Below are positions 50,801 to 60,685 of a stretch of DNA of 64,000 nucleotides, piece by piece (positions within the stretch are counted from its first letter, which is position 1; every line of letters begins with the position of its first letter). Source of the stretch: Elusimicrobiota bacterium. GTDB lineage: Bacteria > Elusimicrobiota > Elusimicrobia > UBA1565 > JACRDR01. The stretch covers positions 9,271 to 73,270 of the forward strand of contig JBGFSC010000006.1 in NCBI GenBank assembly GCA_041694815.1, in the 5' to 3' direction. The notes beneath the pieces were generated by a model that was not told where the DNA came from, made no database searches, and worked only from the letters and a program-made list of their open reading frames with translations. A program made the translations under genes and the position numbers.

Positions 50801-51204
50801 GGGGCCATCCGGGCCCTGGCGAGGCCGCCGTGCTGATCCTCGCGTTGTCGGCGTTGTTCGGCGCGAACGCGCTGGCGAGCGGCCTCGACGGGTCGCGGTG
50901 GAAGCTGCGGGAGAACACCTTCAAGTCCAAGATATTCTTTTGGAGCTATGACCATCTCGCTTTCCGGGACGGGATATTCGAGTCGACGCATTGCCGCTTG
51001 AAGGATTTCCCGCCCGTCGTCTACGCCTCCTCCGAGTCGAACGGCGTCATCCGATGGAGCGCCACCGCGACGGGTCCGCGCGGGAAGATGGTCTGGGAGG
51101 GGCGCAGCCAAGGCGACCGGATGGAGGGCCGCCGCACCTGGATACGCCCCGACGACCGCACCCGCGCCGTCTTTTGGACCGGCAAACGCTCGTCACCGAA
51201 GTAG
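50797..51204 (+). CDS. exported hypothetical protein
   Basis: ATGA-coupled to xth. Signal peptide AAVLILALSALFGANALA. 135 aa. Confidence 0.4.
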   Translation: MRGHPGPGEAAVLILALSALFGANALASGLDGSRWKLRENTFKSKIFFWSYDHLAFRDGIFESTHCRLKDFPPVVYASSESNGVIRWSATATGPRGKMVWEGRSQGDRMEGRRTWIRPDDRTRAVFWTGKRSSPK

Positions 51205-51253
51205 CGCGCCGTTCGTAACGGGCCCGACGTTTCGAATTTAGTAAAATTTCCCC

Positions 51254-53398
51254 ATGAGCGAATCCGGCTCCGCCAACGGCGCCGATATCTATCTGCCGGA
51301 GCGTTTAACCCGGCTCAAGGACCTGGCCTACAACCTGTGGTGGAGCTGGCACCCGGACGCGAGGGCCTTGTTCAAGGCCGTCGACCGCACGTTATGGAAG
51401 AACAGCAACCACAACCCGGTCAAGCTGCTCGGCTCCATCGCGGCCGAGAAGCTCAACGCCCTGGCCAAGGACGCCGCCTTCCTGCGCTACTACGACGCGG
51501 TCATCAGCGATTTCGACGCCTACCTCGCCGACCAGCAGACCTGGTTCAAGACGAGCTATCCCGGGGAAACCCAGCCGATCGCCTATTTCTCGGCGGAGTT
51601 CGGCGTCCATAACTCCCTGCCGATATACTCCGGGGGCCTTGGCATACTCGCCGGCGACCACTGCAAATCAGCCAGCGACCTGGGCGTGCCCCTGGTGGGG
51701 GTCGGCTTCATGTACCCGCAGGGCTACGTCCACCAAAAGGTCGGCATCGAGGGATGGCAGCAGAATATCTACGACCTCATCGACTGGAATGCCGCCCCGG
51801 TCCGTCCCGCCCGGACGCCTTCGGGCGAGCGCTGCGTGCTCAACGTGACCTTGGCGGGCTGGTCCCTGCATTTGGCCGTATTCAAGGTCGTCGTCGGCCG
51901 GGTGCCGCTCTACCTGATGGATACCAACGTCGAGGGCAATACCCCCGGGGACCGGGAGGTGTCGGGGCGCCTTTACGGCGGCGACCAGACGATGCGGCTT
52001 CGCCAGGAGATTGTGCTCGGCATCGGCGGGGTGCGCATCCTGCGCGCCCTTGGAGTGGCCCCGAAGGTCCTTCACATCAACGAGGGGCACGCCGCTTTCG
52101 CCTTCCTCGAGCGCGTGCGCGAGCTGGTGTCCGAGGGCAAGACATTCGACGAGGCCGTGGCGGCGCTGCGCGACTCCACGGTATTTACGACCCACACGCC
52201 GGTTCCCGCCGGGCACGACGTCTTTCCCGAACCCCTCATCGAGGAGTACTTCAAGCATTATTGGCCCGCCTTGGGGATCGACCGGGAACGCTTCCTGGAA
52301 TTGGGCCGCTTCAACGGGCAGCCGGGTTGGAACATGACGGCCCTGGCCCTGCGCCTGTCGGGAAAGAGCAACGGGGTCAGCCGCCGGCACGGCGCGGTCT
52401 CTCGGGCGATGTGGAAGACGCTCTGGCCCGCGCGTCCGGAGGAAGCCCCGATCACCTCGGTGACCAACGGGGTACATCTGCCGACCTGGGTCAACCAGAA
52501 CATCGCCTCGATCTACACCCGCTATCTCGGGCAGGGCTGGCAGGCGCGCCAGGACGACTCGAGGCTCTGGAGCAAGGTCGACGACATCCCGGACGCCGAG
52601 CTCTGGAACGCCCATCTCAACTGCAAGCGCGAGCTCATCAATCTCGTCCGCCAGAAGGTGCGTCAGCGCTGGATGCAGGACCGCGTCGATCCCGCGCAGG
52701 TCTTGGCCGGCGGCTCGCTGCTAGACCCCGAGGCATTGACCATCGGCTTCGCCAGGCGATTCGCCAGCTACAAGCGCGCGACCCTTATCTTGAGCGACCT
52801 GGAGCGGTTGAGAAAGATTCTGATGGATCCTTGGCGCCCCGTCCAGATACTCTTCGCCGGCAAGGCCCACCCCGCTGACGACGTGGGCAAGTCGCTCATC
52901 CAACAGGTCTACAACCTGGCCAAGGATCCTTCCTTCGGGGGGCATATCGCCTTCGTCGAGGACTACGATATGCACGTCGCCCGGTACTTCGTGCAGGGTT
53001 GCGACCTCTGGCTCAACACGCCCCTGCCTCCCCTGGAGGCCTGCGGCACCAGCGGGCAAAAGGCAGCGGCCAACGGCGTTCCCAACTGCAGCGTGCTCGA
53101 CGGCTGGTGGGAGGAGGGCTTCAACCACCATAACGGATGGGCCATCTCTGAGGGCTTGAGCCCCAACGCCGACAGGCGGGACGCGCAGGACGCCGACTCC
53201 CTCTACCGCCTGCTGGAGGAAAAGATCATACCGCTCTATTACGAGCACGACCTGCACGATTCGCCGCAGGGCTGGATCGAAGTGATGCGCCAGTCCATCC
53301 GGACCGTCGCGCCCATGTTCTGCGCCGACCGCATGGTCAAGGATTACACTCGCGAGATGTACCTGGGCGCCGCGCCCGCGCCGGCCGCCGCCCGCTGA
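51254..53398 (+). CDS. glgP: alpha-glucan phosphorylase (GT35, short bacterial/archaeal-type family)
   Basis: N-terminus DLAYNLWWSWHP. PLP lysine region (FARRFASYKRATL). 714 aa. Confidence 0.9.
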   Translation: MSESGSANGADIYLPERLTRLKDLAYNLWWSWHPDARALFKAVDRTLWKNSNHNPVKLLGSIAAEKLNALAKDAAFLRYYDAVISDFDAYLADQQTWFKTSYPGETQPIAYFSAEFGVHNSLPIYSGGLGILAGDHCKSASDLGVPLVGVGFMYPQGYVHQKVGIEGWQQNIYDLIDWNAAPVRPARTPSGERCVLNVTLAGWSLHLAVFKVVVGRVPLYLMDTNVEGNTPGDREVSGRLYGGDQTMRLRQEIVLGIGGVRILRALGVAPKVLHINEGHAAFAFLERVRELVSEGKTFDEAVAALRDSTVFTTHTPVPAGHDVFPEPLIEEYFKHYWPALGIDRERFLELGRFNGQPGWNMTALALRLSGKSNGVSRRHGAVSRAMWKTLWPARPEEAPITSVTNGVHLPTWVNQNIASIYTRYLGQGWQARQDDSRLWSKVDDIPDAELWNAHLNCKRELINLVRQKVRQRWMQDRVDPAQVLAGGSLLDPEALTIGFARRFASYKRATLILSDLERLRKILMDPWRPVQILFAGKAHPADDVGKSLIQQVYNLAKDPSFGGHIAFVEDYDMHVARYFVQGCDLWLNTPLPPLEACGTSGQKAAANGVPNCSVLDGWWEEGFNHHNGWAISEGLSPNADRRDAQDADSLYRLLEEKIIPLYYEHDLHDSPQGWIEVMRQSIRTVAPMFCADRMVKDYTREMYLGAAPAPAAAR

Positions 53399-53410
53399 GG
53401 ACCAGGGTCC

Positions 53411-54148
53411 ATGCGTGCCAAGAGCGGAATCGAGATATTCCGGCGCCAGGGCCTCCGCCTGATCGGGATATGGACACGCCCCCTGGCCACGACCCCCCGC
53501 TTCCCGGCGGTTTTATTCCTGCACGGCTTTCCCGGCGCCGAAAAAAACGTCGACATCCAGCGCGCCCTGCTCGAGCGGGGCATAGCGAGCTTCGCGCTGC
53601 ATTTTCGGGGCTCCTGGGGTAGCGAGGGGACATACCGCTTCTCGCATCTCTTAGGAGACGCCCGAGCTGCGCTGGGCCGCCTGCGCCGCCTCGAAGGGGT
53701 CGACGAAAGGCGCCTGGCCGTCTTCGGCTTCAGCATGGGGGGCTGGACCGCGATCCACCTGGCCGCGCGCGAGAGGGTGCGCGCGGTGGCCGCCGTCGCC
53801 CCGGTCGGCGGCGCCGAGATGTTGCGCCCGGGCACCCGCGAGAATCTCGCCCGGCTGGGAGCCGCCCTGCGTATCGATGGCGCCGACTCGCTCTACCGAG
53901 ATTTTTCCGAGACCGTCCGCCGTTTGGACCCCGCCCGCAGCGCAGCCCGGCTAAAATGCCCGCTGTTGCTGGTGCACGGTCGTAACGACGAGATCGTTCC
54001 CTGCGGCGTGTCCGAGCGCATCTACGCCGCGGCGCGTGGACCCAAGACGCGCAAGCTCGTGGGTGGCGCCTTCCACGATTTTCTGGAGCAGCGCGCGGCC
54101 CTGTCGCGCATCGTCTCGCGCTGGCTTTCCGAGCGGCTGCGGGCATGA
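53411..54148 (+). CDS. alpha/beta hydrolase (dienelactone hydrolase/S9-like)
   Basis: Nucleophile elbow GFSMGG. His/Asp in the C-terminal region (VHGRNDEIVP...H). Confidence 0.65.
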   Translation: MRAKSGIEIFRRQGLRLIGIWTRPLATTPRFPAVLFLHGFPGAEKNVDIQRALLERGIASFALHFRGSWGSEGTYRFSHLLGDARAALGRLRRLEGVDERRLAVFGFSMGGWTAIHLAARERVRAVAAVAPVGGAEMLRPGTRENLARLGAALRIDGADSLYRDFSETVRRLDPARSAARLKCPLLLVHGRNDEIVPCGVSERIYAAARGPKTRKLVGGAFHDFLEQRAALSRIVSRWLSERLRA

Positions 54149-54179
54149 CGATTGTGATAGAATCCCATGGGAGGGCTTT

Positions 54180-55124
54180 ATGAAGATCATTTTAAGGATA
54201 GCTGCGGCGTTTCTCGTTCTTTTCTTGGCCGTGGAGGCGTCGTTTAGGCTCTTCGTGACCCAGGACGCCCTGGTCTACCAGGACAGCCGCGACGGAAACC
54301 TGCTCTTCGAGCTCAAGCCTGGCGCGGCGGGCCGGAAATTCGGAACCTTCGTGCAGATCAATCGGGCGGGCCTGAGGGAGCGGGAATTGCCGGAACGCAA
54401 GCCTGCCGACGAGTTCAGGATCGTCGTCGTGGGCGATCAATTCACCTTCGGCTTGGGGATTCCGGTCGAACAAAGCTACGTGCGCCTGCTGGAATCCATG
54501 CTGGCGCGTGCCCAAGACAAGAAAGTGCGCACGATCAATCTCTCGATGTACAGTTATAACTTTCGACAAAAACTGGCCCTGCTGCGCTCTCGCGGCCTTC
54601 GCTATGAGCCCGATGCGGTGGTCTTTCAAGTCTACTCCAAGGATTTTAAGGATCTGCCCGACGCGCTGGTGCAGATGCCGGGACTTAAAAACTGGCTGAG
54701 GGATCACAGCGCCTTTCTGCGTTGGCTTTTCGAGCGCATATTCTGGTCCAGGAAGCCCGAGGAAAAGGTTGGACCGCCGGGACCGAACGCGGTATTGACC
54801 GGTCTTCGAAACATACGGACTTTATTGATTACCGAGTTGAAGGTTCCGGTACTCATCGTATTCTGTCCGAATCTAGCGCTGGACGCCAAGGAAGTCGCCA
54901 AGCAGCAGGAGCTCGAGCGCGAATTCGAGCGCTACAGCCGCGAACTCGGCCTCCCTTTCTACAGCCTAAGCGCCGAGTTCAAGGGGGACAAGAGCCTTCT
55001 GATCCATCCGAGCGATCCCTGGCTGGGTCCCCAGGCGCACGAGCGAGCCGCGCGGGGGGTCGCCCAGCGCCTGCGCCGCATCATCCCAGCGCGCAAGGCG
55101 CCGGCCCAACGGCCGGGAGTGTGA
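54180..55124 (+). CDS. membrane-anchored SGNH/GDSL-like hydrolase family protein
   Basis: GGGAGGG ribosome-binding site. N-terminal TM. IVVVGDQFTFG block. The family call is tentative. Confidence 0.35.
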   Translation: MKIILRIAAAFLVLFLAVEASFRLFVTQDALVYQDSRDGNLLFELKPGAAGRKFGTFVQINRAGLRERELPERKPADEFRIVVVGDQFTFGLGIPVEQSYVRLLESMLARAQDKKVRTINLSMYSYNFRQKLALLRSRGLRYEPDAVVFQVYSKDFKDLPDALVQMPGLKNWLRDHSAFLRWLFERIFWSRKPEEKVGPPGPNAVLTGLRNIRTLLITELKVPVLIVFCPNLALDAKEVAKQQELEREFERYSRELGLPFYSLSAEFKGDKSLLIHPSDPWLGPQAHERAARGVAQRLRRIIPARKAPAQRPGV

Positions 55125-55417
55125 TGGCGGCCCTTCCCCGCGAGATCACGCAAGGTTCCCGCGAGCTTAAGATCGCTTGGGAAGGGGGATCGGAAAGCGT
55201 TTATCCCGCCGCGCTCCTGCGGCGCCACTGCCCCTGCGCGCTTTGCCGCGACGAGTGGACCGGACGCTCCACGCTGGATCCAGCCTCGGTGCCGGAGGAT
55301 CTCGCGATACTCAAGGCCGAGCTGGTTGGCCAATACGCCGTCGCGATCCAGTTCTCGGACGGCCACTCGACCGGCATCTACAGCTTCGAGAACCTTCGCA
55401 AGGGGCTCGCCTCCTGA
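55124..55417 (+). CDS. DUF971 family protein
   Basis: 97 aa. RRHCPCALCRDEW matches the DUF971 Zn-ribbon-like motif. One-nt overlaps with both neighbouring genes. Confidence 0.55.
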   Translation: MAALPREITQGSRELKIAWEGGSESVYPAALLRRHCPCALCRDEWTGRSTLDPASVPEDLAILKAELVGQYAVAIQFSDGHSTGIYSFENLRKGLAS

Positions 55418-56796
55418 TGTCCTGGCCCTGGCGAACGATCATCGAACCGTTCCGGATCAAGAGCGTGGAGCCCCTGGGGTTCACGACCCAGGCGCAGCGC
55501 GAGCGTTTCCTGGCCGAAGCCGGCTACAATCTATTCAATATCCCGGCCGACCGCGTGCTCATCGACCTGCTGACCGACTCCGGCACCTCGGCGATGTCGG
55601 CCGAGCAGTGGGCGGCGATCATGCGCGGCGACGAGTCGTACGCCGGCGCCAAGAGCTTCTACCTCTTCGAAGATGCGGTGCGCGCCCTGACGGGATTCCG
55701 CGAGGTGCTTCCAGTGCACCAGGGCCGGGCCGCGGAACGCATCCTTTTTTCCTTTATCGGCGGTCCTGGAAAGACGGTTTTCGCCAACGCGCATTTCGAC
55801 ACCACCCGGGCCAATATCGAGGTCAGCGGGGCCCAGGCGGTGGATCTTCCCGTGGCCGAAGCCTGGGACTTCAAGAACCCTGGGCCCTTCAAGGGGAATA
55901 TCGACATCGCCAGGCTTGAGTCCGCGATCGCCGAGTGCGGCGCCCGCAACGTTCCCCTCGTCATCTTGACGGTCACCAACAACGCGCTGGGAGGACAGCC
56001 CGTCTCGATGGCCAATATCCGCGAGACGGCGGCCGTCTGCCGCCGCCACAAGATCCCGCTTTTCCTCGACTGCGCCCGCTTCGCCGAGAACGCCTACCTC
56101 ATCAAGCGGCGCGAGCCCCGCTACGCGGAAAAGCCGGTCGCCGAGATCGCGCGGGAGATGTTCTCCTACGCCTCCGGTTGCATCATGAGCGCCAAGAAGG
56201 ATGCCCTGGTCAACATCGGCGGGTTTTTGGCGCTCAACGATCCCGCCTGGGCCAAGCGCGCCCGCGAGGTGCTGATCCTGGGCGAGGGCTTTCCGACATA
56301 CGGTGGCCTGGCGGGACGGGACCTGGAGGCGATGGCCCGCGGGCTTGAGGAGGTGCTCGATGAGGAATACCTCCAGTATCGCATCCGCTCCGTCGAATAT
56401 CTAGGGGCTGGACTGCGCCAAGCGGGGGTTCCCATACTCGAGCCACCGGGCGGGCACGGGGTGTACGTGGACGCGAAAAGATTCCTTCCGCATATCCCTG
56501 CCCAGCGTTATCCGGGCCAGGCGCTCATCTGCGAGCTCTACCGCACGGCCGGCATCCGCGCCGTCGAGATCGGCTCGCTCATGTTCGGCAAGCGGAGAAA
56601 CGGCGCCTTCGAGCCGGCCCGCATGGAGCTGGTGCGCTTGGCGTTGCCCCGGCGCGTCTATACCCAGAGCCACATCGATTTCGTCATCGAGGTGTTCGCC
56701 GATATCGCCAGGCGCAAGGACCGGCTCGGCGGCCTGCGCCTGGTGGAGGGCTCCGAGCACTTAAACCACTTCACCGCGAGGCTCGCCCCCGCATGA
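55417..56796 (+). CDS. beta-eliminating lyase (tryptophanase / tyrosine phenol-lyase family)
   Basis: EPFRIKSVEP...IDLLTDSGT...MRGDESYAG...HQGRAAE. PLP-Lys motif MSAKKDALVNIGG. 459 aa. Confidence 0.8.
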   Translation: MSWPWRTIIEPFRIKSVEPLGFTTQAQRERFLAEAGYNLFNIPADRVLIDLLTDSGTSAMSAEQWAAIMRGDESYAGAKSFYLFEDAVRALTGFREVLPVHQGRAAERILFSFIGGPGKTVFANAHFDTTRANIEVSGAQAVDLPVAEAWDFKNPGPFKGNIDIARLESAIAECGARNVPLVILTVTNNALGGQPVSMANIRETAAVCRRHKIPLFLDCARFAENAYLIKRREPRYAEKPVAEIAREMFSYASGCIMSAKKDALVNIGGFLALNDPAWAKRAREVLILGEGFPTYGGLAGRDLEAMARGLEEVLDEEYLQYRIRSVEYLGAGLRQAGVPILEPPGGHGVYVDAKRFLPHIPAQRYPGQALICELYRTAGIRAVEIGSLMFGKRRNGAFEPARMELVRLALPRRVYTQSHIDFVIEVFADIARRKDRLGGLRLVEGSEHLNHFTARLAPA

Positions 56797-58832
56797 GATG
56801 GGACGAGCGGCTGGCCTCCAAGCTCCAAGGGCCCGCCTTGTGCGCCTACGCCTCGCGCCTGATCGGCTCCGACGCGAGGATGGTGCTTTGGGGCGGCGGC
56901 AATTCCTCGATCAAGACGGTCGAGCGCGACCATGCCGGCCGGGATACCGCCACCTTGTGGGTCAAGGCCAGCGGCTACGACATGAAGAGCATCACCGCGC
57001 AGGGCTTCTCCCCGCTGCGCCTGGAGGAATTGTTGCTGTTGCGCTCGAGGTCTCGCCTCAGCGACGAGGAGATGGTCGCCTACCAGATGCGCTGCCTAAT
57101 GGATCCCAAGGCGGCCAAGCCCTCGATCGAGACCCTGCTGCATGCCTTCATCCCCGCGACCCATGTCTATCACACGCACGCCGACGCCGTCGCGGGATTC
57201 ACCTGCACTCCCTCCAGCCGCGAGCGCACGCGCCGGGCCTTCGGCGACGGCGTTCTGTGGGTGCCCTACATCCGGCCGGGCTTCGAGCTCTCCAAAAGGG
57301 TCGCCGAGGCCGTGGCCTCCTCGCCCAAGGCCTGGGCCCTGATCCTCGACAAGCACGGCGCCTTGACCTGGGCGGAGAGCGCCCGGCAGGCCTACGAAGC
57401 GATGCTTCGGTTGGTGCGCGCCGCGGGAAGGCCGCATCCCCTGCCGGGAGAGCGGGGGGAATGGCGGCCGCTGCGCCCGCGCGTCGCGCTTCCCTCGCCG
57501 GCCGCCAGGAGCGCGCGGGCCGCTCAACTGATGCCGTGGCTGCGCGGCACGCTCGGGGCAGAGCAGGCCTGCATCGTGCGCTGGAGCGATCATCCCGAGG
57601 TGCTGCGTTTCCTCGCGCACCCAAAAGCCACCGCGGCGGGAATGCGCGGGACTTTTACCCCCGATCATACCCTGCAGACCAAGGCGCGGCCTTTGTATTG
57701 GCGCGGGCGGACGCGCGAGAGCCTCCGGAAGGCGGTCGAACGCTACCGCCATTGGCACCGCGACTACTTCAGGTCGCAGGCGCCGGCCGGCGCCCAGGCG
57801 CCACAGGGGCATAACCCGCGCGTCGTGCTGGTCCCCGGCGTGGGGATGTTTTGCGCGGGCAAGGACCGGCGCGCCGCCGGCATCTCCGAGGAGATCTACC
57901 GGCACACCATCGAGGTCATCGCGCGCGTCGGGTCCTTCAGCCGGTACACCCCCTTGGATTGGCGCCATCTGGCCGCCGTCGAATTCTGGCCGATGGAGAC
58001 CTATAAATACAAGCTGCTGCCTCCCGAGCGCGAGTTCTCGCGCAAGGTGGCGTTCGTCACTGGCGCCGCGGGCGCCATCGGCGCGGCGGCGGCCAGGCGC
58101 TTCTGCGAGGCCGGGGCCCATGTGGTCTTGGCGGATATCGATCTCGCGAGGGCGGCGGCTTTGCAGGAGGAGCTCAACCGGCGCTTCGGGGCCGAGCAGG
58201 CCCTGGCGGTCCGCCTGGACGTCGCGGACGAGGCCCAAGTCGAGAGGGCTTTCGAGGCCGCGGTGCTGGCCTACGGCGGCCTCGACGTGCTCTTCTCCAA
58301 CGCGGGCATAGCCAAGTCGGCTCCCGTCGAAAGGCTGGAGCTGCGGGATTGGGAGCGGAGCCTCGCGGTGAACGCCACCGGGCATTTCCTATGCGCGCGA
58401 GCGGCCATGCGCCTGTTCGCCTCCCAAGGGACGGGAGGAGCCGTCGTCTTCAACGCCTCCAAGAACGTGCTGGCTCCGGGCAAGGATTTTGCGGCCTACA
58501 GCGCGGCGAAGGCCGCCGAGACTCAGCTGGCGCGCGTGCTCGCCCTGGAGGGGGCGCCCCTCGGCGTGCGCGTCAATGTCGTCAATCCCGACGCGATCTT
58601 CGAGGGCTCGGGGCTCTGGTCGCCGGAGGTGCGCCGCCAGCGCGCGCGGGCACAGGGCATCCCCGTCGAACGCCTCGAGGAGCATTACGTTTCCCGCAAT
58701 CTCCTAAAGACGCGCGTCACCGCCGCCGACGTCGCGGAGGCTGTCCTATTCCTCGCTTCGGATCGTTCGGCCAAGACCACGGGGGCCCTGCTGCCGGTGG
58801 ACGGGGGGCTTCGAGAAGCCTTTCCCAGATAG
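56793..58832 (+). CDS. bifunctional class II aldolase / short-chain dehydrogenase (rhamnulose-1-phosphate aldolase/ADH-like)
   Basis: N-terminal aldolase_II domain. C-terminal SDR with TGAAGAIG and a YxxxK region. 679 aa. ATGA overlap with the lyase gene. Confidence 0.75.
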   Translation: MRWDERLASKLQGPALCAYASRLIGSDARMVLWGGGNSSIKTVERDHAGRDTATLWVKASGYDMKSITAQGFSPLRLEELLLLRSRSRLSDEEMVAYQMRCLMDPKAAKPSIETLLHAFIPATHVYHTHADAVAGFTCTPSSRERTRRAFGDGVLWVPYIRPGFELSKRVAEAVASSPKAWALILDKHGALTWAESARQAYEAMLRLVRAAGRPHPLPGERGEWRPLRPRVALPSPAARSARAAQLMPWLRGTLGAEQACIVRWSDHPEVLRFLAHPKATAAGMRGTFTPDHTLQTKARPLYWRGRTRESLRKAVERYRHWHRDYFRSQAPAGAQAPQGHNPRVVLVPGVGMFCAGKDRRAAGISEEIYRHTIEVIARVGSFSRYTPLDWRHLAAVEFWPMETYKYKLLPPEREFSRKVAFVTGAAGAIGAAAARRFCEAGAHVVLADIDLARAAALQEELNRRFGAEQALAVRLDVADEAQVERAFEAAVLAYGGLDVLFSNAGIAKSAPVERLELRDWERSLAVNATGHFLCARAAMRLFASQGTGGAVVFNASKNVLAPGKDFAAYSAAKAAETQLARVLALEGAPLGVRVNVVNPDAIFEGSGLWSPEVRRQRARAQGIPVERLEEHYVSRNLLKTRVTAADVAEAVLFLASDRSAKTTGALLPVDGGLREAFPR

Positions 58833-58840
58833 GCCCAGCG

Positions 58841-60685
58841 ATGCAGCAAAGAAAGCGCCTCGTTTTATTGGGCAAGGACGGGCCCGTCGCCGAGTCCCTC
58901 AAGTCCGCGGCGGAGGCGCGCGGCATTGCCGTATTCCTCGCGGCTTCCGTCCACGACGCCGAGTCGATCTGGTCTAAACCTGACGCGCGCGTCCTCGGCG
59001 TCGTGCTTGACGCGGCCTCGGCGCCGCCGGGCCTGGCCGCGGCCTTAGGAAGCCTTGGGCGGAAAGCGCCGCAGCCGGTGATCTTGGGCGGCTCGGCCGG
59101 CTCCTCAATTCTCGAGAGGGTGTCCTGGCCCTTGGACCCCGGCTGGGTCGAAACGCTCAAAAGGGAGGCGGGGCGCCCGACCGTCATCTTTTGCGAGCGC
59201 ACCCTCTTCGTCACCGGCATGCTGCAAGGCGCCTTATCTCAGGCCCAGCTCGCCGCCGTTCCCATGGAGACCGCCATGGGCGTCGCGCAATCCCTGGGTC
59301 AGGGAACCTTCTGGAACGCCGTGGGGGGCAGGAGCCGAATCCTGTTGGTCCTATGGAAAGAGACCCTGCGCCAAGCCGAGGAGGCGGCTGCCAAGATCCT
59401 GGCGTCGGTTCCCGAGGCCCGCTGCGCCTTCGTAGTCACCGCGAGCCCGCTGCATCTGGCCGAACGCGCCTTCCGCCGTGGCGAGCCCGTTTTCCTGCCG
59501 CCCGCGCTGGCCGGCAAGGTGCCGGCCCTGCTTGAGGGGGCTGCCGCGGACGACCCGAGCGAAAAAAGCCGGGTGCTGCTCGTCGAGAACAACCAGCAGT
59601 ACATGGTGCAATTAGCGATGAACCTGATGGCGGAGGGCGTGGAGGTCGCCGCGACAACGAAGGCCGAGGAAGCCTTGGAGATGGCCGAGAACGACCGCTT
59701 TTACGTGGCCTTGGTCGGCGCCGCGATGGCCTTCGCGAAGAAGACGGGGCTGGAGCTCGCGCAAAAGCTGCGGGAGACCGACCCGGCCATGCGGCTCATC
59801 CTGATGGTCGACCGCTTCCCGCCGGAGGCGGCCCTCAAGGGCGTCAGCCAGGCCGTCGAATTCGGGCTCGACGAGTGCCTGCTCAAGCCGGCCGAGCCGG
59901 CGCGACTCAAGCAGGCGATCGGTCTGGCTCTCGAGCGCCGGCGCATGCTGCTTGAAAACGCCCGGCTGCTTACCGAACTGCGCGTTTCCAACGAGAAGCT
60001 CGAGCAGCTCAACGGATTCCAATCCAAGTTCTTCGCCACGGTGGCCCACGACGTGAAGAATCCGCTGACGGCCATCCGCGGCTACGCCGAGCTGCTCGGA
60101 GAGAAGGTCCCTTCGGAGCTCAAGCGCTTCACGCAGCATATCCAGTCCTCCGCCAAGACCCTGGAGGCGTTGGTCTCCGACCTCGTCGATTACGCGGCGA
60201 TCGAGTCGGGGAAGCTCCGGGTCAGCCTGGAGCCGTGTGAGCTCTCAAAGGTCGTATCCGAGGTGCGCTCCCGGGTGCAGGTGGTCGCCGAGCAGCGCAA
60301 GATACGCTTCGACGTGCAACTACCGCCCGCGCTGCCCAAGATCTCCGGGGATCCGCTCCGCCTGGGGCAGGTGATCCAAAACCTTTGCAGCAACGCGATC
60401 CAATATACCCCCGAGGGCGGCCAAGTGACGCTTCGCGTCGAGTTGGGACCGAAGGAAATCACGGTCGGGGTGCTAGACACCGGCATCGGCATATCCAAGG
60501 AAGATCTCCCCCGTGTCTTCCAGCGCTTTTTCCAGACCGAGGCCGCGCAGAAGATGCGCCGCGCGGGCTTCGGCCTCGGGCTTAAAATTGCCCAAGAGAT
60601 CGTCAAGGCCCACGGCGGCAACATGGGCGTTGAGTCGGAGCTGGGCAAGGGTTCGCGCTTCTATTTCACTCTTCCGGTGCCATGA
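58841..60685 (+). CDS. hybrid sensor histidine kinase with two degenerate N-terminal receiver-like domains
   Basis: H-box [19 protein letters not shown]. HATPase_c (G1/G2 boxes GFGLGL). The upstream receiver-like regions lack the phospho-acceptor Asp. Confidence 0.8.
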   Translation: MQQRKRLVLLGKDGPVAESLKSAAEARGIAVFLAASVHDAESIWSKPDARVLGVVLDAASAPPGLAAALGSLGRKAPQPVILGGSAGSSILERVSWPLDPGWVETLKREAGRPTVIFCERTLFVTGMLQGALSQAQLAAVPMETAMGVAQSLGQGTFWNAVGGRSRILLVLWKETLRQAEEAAAKILASVPEARCAFVVTASPLHLAERAFRRGEPVFLPPALAGKVPALLEGAAADDPSEKSRVLLVENNQQYMVQLAMNLMAEGVEVAATTKAEEALEMAENDRFYVALVGAAMAFAKKTGLELAQKLRETDPAMRLILMVDRFPPEAALKGVSQAVEFGLDECLLKPAEPARLKQAIGLALERRRMLLENARLLTELRVSNEKLEQLNGFQSKFFATVAHDVKNPLTAIRGYAELLGEKVPSELKRFTQHIQSSAKTLEALVSDLVDYAAIESGKLRVSLEPCELSKVVSEVRSRVQVVAEQRKIRFDVQLPPALPKISGDPLRLGQVIQNLCSNAIQYTPEGGQVTLRVELGPKEITVGVLDTGIGISKEDLPRVFQRFFQTEAAQKMRRAGFGLGLKIAQEIVKAHGGNMGVESELGKGSRFYFTLPVP

